A DNA stretch of 64,000 nt. Source: Paraspadella gotoi. Its lineage: Eukaryota > Animalia > Chaetognatha. The notes under the pieces were generated by a model, which saw nothing but the letters and a program-made list of their open reading frames with translations, ran no database searches and had not been told where the DNA came from. A program made the position numbers and the translations under genes. The number at the start of each line of letters is the position of its first letter. Position 1 is the first letter of the stretch. Shown here piece after piece: positions 1 to 11,061 of the stretch. The stretch is taken from positions 10,088,984-10,152,983 of the forward strand of contig CM119270.1 of NCBI GenBank assembly GCA_051294375.1, in the 5' to 3' direction.

Positions 1-74
1 ACCGCAACGCCTCCCTCATCCACGTCAACGCCATGCTGAGGGAGCAATTAGACCAGGCCACCGCGGCTAATCAG
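1..74 (+). CDS. CROCC: rootletin exon (first in window, 5' truncated)
   Basis: RNASLIHVNAMLREQLDQATAANQ, donor CAG|gttagg. Confidence 0.9.
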
Positions 75-1568
75 GTTAGGCGGTTGGAAGGGGAGCGGGA
101 TGGAAAAGAGAGAGAGCGAGAGCGAGAGAGATTAACATCGAAAGATTGTCGAGATTGCCAAAACGAACAGGCGAAGGGAAGAAGTAAATCGTTGCGACGA
201 ATGTTTTCTTTTTCTCCAAAGAGGCTTTTTTTTATTTTGAAAGGGTTTTTCCCTCCGATGGTAAAATGTCGACTTTTTCAAAAAAAACTCTAATTCGTTT
301 TATTTGAAGTTTGTTTCCTTATTTTTATTATTCTTTCATGTCGTTTTCATTTTGTTTTCTTCTTTTTATTTTTTTATTTTTTATTTTTTTTTTTGTGGTT
401 CCTAATCGATTCGTCCCTCTGTGCGACTTTTGTGGTGGCAGAGAAAAACGTTTTCTTCCAACTCTTGATTTTTATTTTCGAGTCGATTTTACTTTTCCTT
501 TCTTTTTTTTTTTACCTTTTTTTTCCATTTTCCTCGCTTTCTTTTTTTCTTATTTTTTTCACCACGCCATTTTTGTTCGAAAGTGGAGCACGAAAACTTT
601 GGCCGACCTCTCGAAATCTTTCAACGTCGGCCTTTCACTCCTTGTCTCTCCACCTCTCCCCTCACCTTTTCAACAAGCCTATCCTCTCTTCTCCCTCTCC
701 AAGGCTCTGACAGCGGACATCGCCAAGTTGACGGCCGACTGGCAGCACACCCGCGAGGAGTTGGAAGCCAAGGAGGCGGAGTGGCAGAAAGAGGAGGAGT
801 CCTTCAACAACTTCTTCAGCCAGGTGTGTCTAAGATCGGACGTTTGGAATTGCTAATAGGACCAAAGTCAAATGTGGATTTTTTTATAACAATCGATGTA
901 ATTTTAACTGGCTTGTCACGACGCTTTTTTATTACTTTCCTCAGGAACATTCTCGCCTTCTTTCTCTGTGGCGCGAGGTCGTCTCTTTCCGCCGCCAGTT
1001 CGGCGAAATGAAAGCGGCCAACGAGACCGACCTCGGAAAGGTAAGTGCACGAAAGAAAAGGTGAGTTAAAAACCCAAAGGAAACGCATGGAAAAGAATGG
1101 AATAAGAAATCTAAACCCAAATTAGGAAAAAAATAAATCGCTTCTCTTTTCAGGTTCGCGCCGAAGTGACGAAAGCATCGCGCACCATGCACTCGGCTAT
1201 GCAAGCTCTTAGGTAAGTCTAATGTCTGACAACAAGCACTGGCTATTGGCTAAAGACCTGGAGGCTCCGAAAGTAATCTCCTTCCAACCTTTTTTTTTAT
1301 AAAAATCTTTAAAGTCTTATTTTTTTTTCATTTACCCTTCAAGCTCGACCCTTCGCATGAGCGACATGGAGAAGAGTGTTGCGCTACAGAAGTCGGAAGA
1401 GGCGAGGGCCGAGTTGGAAGCCCAACTCGCCGCCAGGAATGCAGAGCTGACCGCCGCGCAGAAGGACGCCGAAGAACTCAAGGTAAAGACGGATAAAAAG
1501 GAAAAAAAAAAACGGAAGAAAAATAAATGAGGTACATAGGTAGAATATAAGAAAGAAACAGAATAAGA

Positions 1569-1665
<97 letters not shown>

Positions 1666-4600
1666 AAAGAAGAAAAAAGAAGGTAATAAATAGGTAAAAA
1701 ATCATATATCAATAAATAAGTTAATAAATAGTTCAATTTTAAATAAATAAACGATTTTAAAAATAAATTTTAAATAGGAAATAGAGGAAGAAAGTATAAA
1801 AGAAACTTACTCAAAATCCCACCCCTCCCTTACCGCAGGAGAGGCTTCACGACAAAATCACGCAGCTCAACGTGTTGATGGAGCGCCAGCGCGAAGACCT
1901 CAAGGACCGCGACGTGGCTTTGTCAGCCGCCAACATGCAGCTCGCGGCAATGGGCGTGGAGAAGAGCGACGCTGTGGTGAGTGGTGTGGGGGCGTCTGTG
2001 GGCAGAATTAATAAAAACGATGTGGGGAGTGGTTTGGGTCTGTGTCTTTACTAAAAGTGAATTATAAAAACTGAAAGATTTCATATTAAATTTTAAATTT
2101 TTATAATTAAAATTTAATAATATCAAAACAAAGAACGAATCACCGAAAGAAAAATAATACGCCAAATCTGTCCTCAGGTGGCGTTGGAAGGAAAGACGGT
2201 GGAGGCGGCGACGGTTAAGGATCAAGAGTCGTCGCTGCAGGAGGCTCTGCGAGGAATCGCCGAGACGCTCATGTCCGACGCCGAGATTCTGCCGGATGTC
2301 GAAGTCGGCGTCAGCACGGGACTGCAGCGGGAGCCGTCGCCGCTGCGCAGGTGAGAGAAGGGTTGATGATGAGTTAGGGTATCCATCGAAGCATACCTAC
2401 CGTATATAATTATTGAGGTTATGGGAAAAGTAAGTTTAACAAAAAACGTTATTAAATTTGAGTTTTTGTTCGGTTTTCCCAGCTCGAGCCCCAGTCGTGC
2501 ACCGAACAGACCCGAGCGTGCCCCGGCATTCGCTGTGACGGCCGTCGCCGCCGTCCAACAGGCGCTGACGAAAAGGCAGAACCAATTGCAGGTGAAAAGA
2601 GAGAAAGAGTGAGACAGACAGAGAGACAGACAAAACCATATCCCCTTCTTCTCTCAGGACGCTCGATCCAAATTGATGGCGGAGAAGGATCGAACCTGTC
2701 ATTTATCGAAGAACCTCGACGACTCCAACTCGACCGTCAGAGAACTGGAGGGACAGATTCTCGCCTTGAAGGAGGAGTTGGCCAACACCGGAAGAGCCAA
2801 GGACGACGCCGGCATCGACAAGGTTGCCGTCCTTCATGAAATTATTGCTGTTCATAAAACAATCTTTTCCTCATTTCATAATCTTTACAATTTGCTCATA
2901 TAATCGTTAAAAAATTCTTTCATTCATTCATTCATTCATTCATCCTTTCATTCCCCTATACTCAGATCCGCGTGGCCAACGCTCTCAACGTCGCTGAGTC
3001 GAACAAGAAATACTTGGAGCAAACGAAGTTGTCGCTCGTCGACACCATCAACAATTTCGAGAAGGAAATCGAAAAACTTCGTCTGGCCAACGTGGCTCTG
3101 CAGAGACAGAGGGACAATTTGGAGGTAAAAAAATCTTAAAAGTATAGTGATCTCGCCAGACGTTACTATCAAATAAAATTAATATAATCAAAAAGATTGA
3201 TTGATATAATAGTAATTGATTTATTAATAAAAATTTGCAAATTATTTGTTTTACTATTTTCTATTTTTATATTTTATGAAGGATTTAGTATTTAATCAAT
3301 ATTATTTAATCAAATATATATTGCTTTCTCTTTTAAAAATATTTTATATATCTAATAATTCAATTTGGGAAGGGGAAATCAGTGTTATCCTCTGGAAATA
3401 GAGAGAGCACAAAGTTAGATTACTATTTGTCCTAGTTTTTTAATAAATATCACACATCCATTCTGTTAGAAAGTTATTAATAGAAAATTATAATATCTAA
3501 GAGGCTGAACAGAAAGGGGTGAGAATGGATAATTTTTTGAGAGGGGACCAATATTATGTATGATTTTTTTACCAATCGGGATAAGACTACTATGTAGAAT
3601 TGTATGTTCTGATAAGGATACATACTGGGGAAAGGTCTATAGGGGTACCTTTATGTCTTAAATATAATTTTAAAATCTACATAAAATAAAATTTTTAATC
3701 TATATTTGTATCTGTACTATTAGATTTATTGACAGTAAGTGCTGCTGGATATATGTTGGCAAAATATATTTTAAAATCCTTAAAATTGGCTGAAAAAAGG
3801 TCATCAATATATCTTGAGCAATGTTTAAATTGTCTAGCGATTCCTAAATTATTTTTTAACATATTTTTTATATATGTTGATTCAAAATAAAATAACAACA
3901 TATTGGCAATATCTTGATCAGAATTTAGTCCAATTGATATTCCTAATGTTTGTTTTGATATAATAGTTTTGATGTAATAGTAATTTATTGATGTGATGAT
4001 AATCATTCATTGATATGATTGTAGTCATTTATTGATGTGATGATAGTTATTCATTGATACAATGAATCATTCATTGTAAATAAAACAAACATACATATAA
4101 GAGTGAGAGAGAAAGAAAAAGAGAGATAGAGAAAGAAAAAGAAGAAAAAAAAAAAAAAGTCCAACTGCTGCAAAGCTGAACTCATTTTTAAACGAATCAG
4201 AAAAGCCTAACGAATTTTTTTTATTAATATAAAAAATGATATTAACACAATACAATAACCGTAATGGTATCAACAACTTAAAAAGACTGGAAGCGTAATG
4301 GTATAGATAACAACATAAAAGATTATAACACAGTTAAAAAAAACTATACTGATAAAGATGTAATATTTAATTTCATATTTTTAATGCAAAGAACTAATAA
4401 AAAACTATAAAATATGTTTAAAAACCAGATGTTAATATGATAAAAAAAAAATATATATATATATATAATTTAAAGAAATAAAAAAAGATAAAAAATATTA
4501 CAACCATTTAGAATTAGAAATTATTAAAAATTTTTTCAATTGAAAGTTTTAAAAGTATGTATTTTTATTTATATTAAAATTTAGATATAGCTTCTTATCA

Positions 4601-7600
4601 AAAAGATTTTTTAAAATCACATGTTTCATATTGATTCAAATATTTTTTGTATGAATTTTTTTTCAATATGATTTACTGCAATATACAAATTAAAATATAG
4701 TATTCTATATACTAATTTGCATATTATATATAATAATTTGCATATTGCAGTAAATCATAATGAGAACGAAATTCAAATAAAAAATACTTGAATCCATATA
4801 AAACATGACAATTGCAAAAATCTTAAAGATGAAAAGCCATATATAAATTTTTATCTTACTATGATTATTTAAAAAAAATTGTAAGCCCCAGTCAAAACTA
4901 TATAAAAAAAGCGTGATGACGATGCAGATGACAACGACAACGACGGTATAAAGAAGCTGAGCTGATCCTAAATCTCGCTAAGCCCGTCTGGCAAGATAAA
5001 AAAGCGTGACGACGACGACGACGTCTCAAAGAAGCTGAAGTTCGGTTCAGCCTGAACCGAACCAAAATCTAGCCAAGATGGGCTTAAGCCCGTCTGGCGA
5101 AATAAAAAGGGAAATTGAAAATGAAAGAAACGAAGGTTTAGGGGAATTTATGAGAATTGTCTGCGAACAATAACCATTATCATTTATTGAACTATAAATT
5201 TAAGAACAACAATTTTATTAGTATAAATTTTATTACGAAACCTCAAGTACTCTCACCATTCAGTTCTCAGTGATAGAGCTTTTAAAAAAATTATACAGAA
5301 AAGGTATATCAATCAATACTCAGCTATTGCTTACTAATTACTATGTATCACCTACAAACTTTCACCAGGACGAGAAGGACGACGTTGTTAAGGACAACCA
5401 GCGCCACCTGAAGGAGCTCGAGCGGGCGGGCCAGACCATCGACGAGCTGACGGGAAAGAACTCTGCGCTGAAGGAAGACTTGGTCGCCACGAAGGAGACG
5501 CTGAACCAGACGAACCTCGATCGCGAATGCATCGACACGGAGAGGATCGAGATCAACGACTCCCTGCAGAAGGCGGAGATCAAGGTTGGGTGGGTAGAGA
5601 TTTGGGGACTGGGTCAGTTCAATTTAACCATTTTTAAATGATTGAAACTTACCCAAATTTACCGCAAGGTTTCCGAACTGGAATTAGAGATCAGCCGTCT
5701 GAAGACCGAAGAGGCTGGACTCCGCGACGCTCTGCTCAAGATGCAGGCGCTCAACGAAGGTCTCGGCCAGGACAAGATCGAGCTCAACAAGCTCGTCGCG
5801 CAGGTGGCTATGATTAGATTTATAAATTAATAAATATGCAGTTAAGATTATAAATATTAGATATTAAAATAACTAATTATTAAAAAATGCGGGGAAATAA
5901 TAATAAATAAAAAAATTGGTAGAGAAAAGCAAAGTTTTAGAATTTTTAAAACGAAGTTATTTTTAGTAAATTCGTTGTAAAAATTCGAAAACTTTGCTCT
6001 TCTCTACTAATAAACTAACAACGAAAAAGAAAGTATTATTACATCAAAAAAATTTTAAAATAAACACTTAACAAAGACTTTAGAAAACCGTCATTGTCAT
6101 TGAGAACGTCATAATCGAAGCATATCATTCTTTTATTCAAATTATTTAATAATTACGGACTGAGGAACCAAATGAAACAGAGTGTAATTAATTTATCCGA
6201 CTAAAATTTTCTCTAAACCCCACTCTCCTACCTCCCGCCCACCCCCCTCAAAGCTCGAGGCTGAACGAGACGAGTTGCTGAACAAAGGCGGAGATGATGT
6301 GGACCTCATCGAGGGACAAAAAGAGACCATCGCCAAGTTGGAGAGCGAAATCTCTGACCTCTTGGCTGAGAAGAACGGACTCGAGCAACAGCTCAGGTTG
6401 GTTGCAGTTGCAATGACTGTGGTTTGCTTTAAGTCCCTGTTGGCTTTTAAATAATAGACATATTGTTGGCATAAGTAAAACCTTTGAAAATTTGTGGACA
6501 TTGTTGGTGACCTTCAACGCCTCCCCGTTCCTTCTCCAACTCCAACTTCACCTCCACTCCCTCCCTCTTCCCCAGATTGACGGAGGCCCAACTTGAGTCT
6601 CGCGAGGAAGAGATTCGCATCCTGAACCGAGAGAAGGGCGAGGTGCAGGAGCAGCTTTCCACGGCGACGCGGCAGAAAAACGCGCTAGCGGACGAGCTCC
6701 TGGCCGCGCGGCAGGAGGTAAAGAGATTTGGGACATGAGTGTCAAGGTACTTTTTAATTTATCATTATTATTAAATTGATGTATCGTCGGCGGTGATAGG
6801 TGGAGGCGAAACAGGCCGCCGCTGCCAAACTTACCTCGGAGAAGGAGAATCTGATGAAGGAAAAGGGAAACCTTATCGTTCAACTCACCGCGGCCGAAAG
6901 GGACAACAGGCAACAGGCCGAGCTCATTGCCGGTAAGGTGGGGAATGAAATTGATGCGGCCTTCGCAACTGTTCGTGTTAAGTTAATTATTTTTTTTAAG
7001 TCGTCGTGAATGATTTCTATAAATAAACTTGTTAGTTTTGTAATATTTAATTTTATTTTAGCATTAATCCTTACCCCGTTTCATGAATTTTTTAAAAATT
7101 TTCATCATTTCAATGTTTTCAATTCTCAAACGTTTGTAAAACGGCTCTCTTTTTTCTTGGATTATCCCCTGTGATTCCCTCTCCCCATTTAACTACGTAT
7201 ACCATCCCTTTTACTTCCCTATCAAAACTCTACTCCCCCTACCGCTTCAGGCCTCAAGGGCGATAAGGAAAACCTGGAAACCGCCCTCTACGAGACTCAG
7301 CAACTCGCGGCTCAGCTGGAGTCGCGAAAAGAGCAGCTAGAAGGCGAGAACCAAGAATTGCTCCTACGTAAGGAGCAGCTGGGCGTTGACGTGGCCCGCG
7401 TGAGGCGCGAAATGGAAATCGAAATCGAGAAGCTGGAGCGGGCCAAGGACGCCCTGGCAGCCAAGATGGCCGACAACGAGCGCCAGTTTGAGGTAATGAT
7501 ACGGGTCCTCTCAGATTTTGAAACACACGCGGGTAATGACCGAACGATAAAGTATTTGTCTTCTTATTTATGTCCTCTCACTCTCCCAAAACAGGTCAAA

Positions 7601-7852
7601 CTGAAGGCCCTGAATCAGCATCACGAAGAGGACATGGAACGCGGGGGCATGGAGAAAGAGGCCCAGAGGTTGCAGATGGAAGAGGCCAAAGCCAAGGCGG
7701 TCAGCGACCTCACCATCGCCGCCGAAGAAGCCGCCGCTGCCTTCGCTAAGGAGAAGGAAGAGTTAGCCCATGAGATCGAAGGCCTGCAGAGGGACAGGGA
7801 CGAGTCGATCATCGGTAAGTTTGAAGTTTCGTTTGTTTGCTTTTTTTTCCTT

Positions 7853-7890
<38 letters not shown>

Positions 7891-10800
7891 CGACTGTTTT
7901 TTGTTGTAGGTGTTTTTTTTTTTCTACCGGGGCTTTAAAAAAAGCAATTTGTTTTATGGAATTTTCATAAATCGCCTTTTTAATTTACATTTATTGACTT
8001 CAATTATCTGTTAATAAATTAAACGTAAGTGTTTTCGTGCCCGATTCGGGTTTTTATTTCGTCCTTGTCTGGAATTCCTCTGTCAGAGAATAGACACGAA
8101 AAGAATATTCCGAAAATATCTAATTCAGTCTTAAATCAATCTTTTAATTCAGAGTTTTTTCATCTTTCCCACTATCCGCTCTATAATTTATATATTATAT
8201 ATTATAAATGATAAGCGTTTCCGCTAAGAGATATGAAAAACACTTGAAAAAAAATGTTTTTACGTTGTTGGTCCCGCGCAGTCGCCGAAAACGAGAAGCA
8301 GCAGCAGCTGTCGGCGGCGCAGACGGAGAAGAACGCCCTGGCGGACAAGATCGGCGCCATGGAGGCTGACCTCTTGGCCTCCGCTGCCGAGATCGAGCGC
8401 CTCAAACGGGAATCCCTCGCCCAGAAGGAGGCGGACCGCAACCTCATCAACGACTTGACCAACGACCTCAAGAACGCCCAGACCGCTCTGGAACTAGGCA
8501 AGCTGGACCATGCTCGCGAGGAGAGCCGTCTTAATGACAAGATTCACGAGTTGGAGCGTGCCAAGGTATGAATTTTTTTAGAAGTGAATGATAATTGTGA
8601 AGAGAAAAGCAAGTACAGAACTTCAAAATACATTTGTCGCAGTAGTATTTCATACCCTGCTACTCGTCCGAGTATCAGCAGCACTAATGTAATATATATA
8701 TAATTATTATATATATATGTATGACTAAATATTTTTTTTAATTTCGATACTGACACTGTCAGTCTGACAGTCGTAAGTAAAATATAAAACATTGCCTTCT
8801 CATTCAAAGGCTGCCGGCGATCACGAGATCGCGGAGCTCAAGACCCAAATGAAGTTGGTGGAGGAGACAAGAGACAACGCCCGCCGCGACCTGCTCGAAG
8901 CCAACCGCAAGATCAGGGAGCACGAGGAGACTATCGACCGGCTGAGGAAGGAGTTGGGCGAACTCAAGCGTGGCCTCAACGACGAAGTCCTCGAGAAGGA
9001 GGCTGTCCAGAAGACCAACGACGATCTCCGCAACAAGGTGCGCCGCACCGACGCCGACAAGAACGAGCTCTCCCGCCACCTGGCCGAGGCGCGCCAGAAG
9101 GTGGCCGTGTTGGAGGAATGCAAGTCCAACATCGAGAAGGAAAATGCCGACCTGCGGGCGTCGCTGAGGGAGATCGAAAAGTCCAGGCTTGACGCCAGGC
9201 GAGAGCTTCAGGAGCTCCGTCGCCAGCTCAAGATCTTGGAGAACGACAACAAGAAGAAGGAGAAGGAGCTGCAAGATTTGCTGGATCGCATCCAGAAGGA
9301 CGAAGGCAGAGACGACGACACCAGGAAGATCATGGCCGGCCTCAAGCAGCGCATCGTCGAGACCGAGGGCGCCAGGGAGGCTTTGAGAAAGGAGTTGGCC
9401 AACCTGCAACGCAAGTTCGCCGAGTTCGAGGATGAGGCGAGAATGAAGGAGCGTGATTATCAACTCGCCCTGGAGGACAGCAGGACCAATGAGCAGAAGC
9501 TGCTCAATGACAAGAGGAACTTGGAGACCGTCCTCGATTCTGCCAACAACGACCTCCACGACCTTAGGCAGAAGCTCTCCGCCGCCGAGGGTAGGGTGGC
9601 GGCCCTCGAGCAAGCGCTGGCCCGATGCGACGGAGCCAAGAACGACGCCGAAGCCAAGCTCTTGGCCATCCACTCGCATCTGCGCAAGCAGCTAGGATTC
9701 GATAAGGCCGCCGTCATCCGCGGCAGGAGTCGTAGCCCCACTCGTGGACGCCCAAGCGCCCCGGCCAAGGGCTTTGACAACGTCTACGCCACCACCGTGG
9801 CCGATTCCACGCTGATGACGGGTAAATCAACCACTGGAGTTGTGCCCGAGAGCGCGGCGGCCGTCCAGGCTAGCGTCAACGTGGTCGACGTGGATCCCGA
9901 CGAGGTCCACGTTGTCCTCAAGGACTTTGTCACGCAATTGGCCGAAGCCACGAAGGGCAAGGAGGAGGCCACGGCTCACGCCACCCTCATGGCTAACCAC
10001 CTCAAGGACACCAAGGAGGAGAACGCCCGCCTAAATGGCGTCTTAGACAAGGTCAAGAAGAATCTGGGCGACACGGAAGAGGACAAGCGAGACATCGACG
10101 GTCGTCTCAACTCGGCCAACACCACCATCATGCTGCAGGAGGAGCAGATTCGCCGCAACGAGCGCGAGCTCAAAGTAAAGGCCGACAAGATCGGCACACT
10201 GGAGAGAACGCTCAAGGACAGCGAGGACCACCACAAGATCTCCAACGACAAGATTTCCAAGATGAAGGCCAACACAGCTCTGCTGGAAAGCGACCGTAAG
10301 AAGCTGAAGGCCGCTCTGGACGCCGCTGAGAACGGCAAGACCCAGTTGGAGTTGGGCAAGAGGACGCTGGAAGGCGACATCGCTCGCATGAACCTCGTTC
10401 TCACCGATAAGGAAACCGAGAAGCAGGTTAATAAGCTCATAAGAAAAAAAAAGATTAAAGAAAAATTAAAAAATGATAATAAAAGATAATAAAACGAATT
10501 CCCCGAACCCACACAGGTGCTCAAGAACCGTGTGGACGGTCTCTTGAAGCAAGTCAAGGGCTCCGAGGAAAAGGCGCAGTCTCTCGCTCTCACCATCGAC
10601 AGGTTGAACCTTACCATGAACAAGCAGAGCGCCAGCGGCAACGAGCTTAACGAGAAGATCCAGGCGCTCAACGTCTCACTAACCGAGAGCAGCAACAACA
10701 CGACCTCTCTTCAGGTTCTTTCTAGAAAACAAAAATCATTAAATTATAATTTAATTGATAAATAATAAATAAACGCAGGACAAGATCTCCGAGCTGCAAA

Positions 10801-10981
10801 AAGCTCTGACGGCGTCGGAGAACGACCGCCGCGTCGTGCAAGAAAAACTGGACGCCACCCGTAAATCGGAACAAGAGGCCAAAAACGCGCAATACCATCT
10901 GGAACAGCTGAAGAAAGACATGGCCCAGGATCTGCAGGATCGCGACACTAGGTTGGGGAGGGGAGAAAAGGGGAAAAAGGA

Positions 10982-11061
<80 letters not shown>

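Noticed and set aside
8804-10701. Long antisense and alternative-frame ORFs over rootletin exons (e.g. 291 aa, 241 aa)
   Set aside because: Shadow ORFs caused by GC3-rich coiled-coil codon usage; no independent motifs
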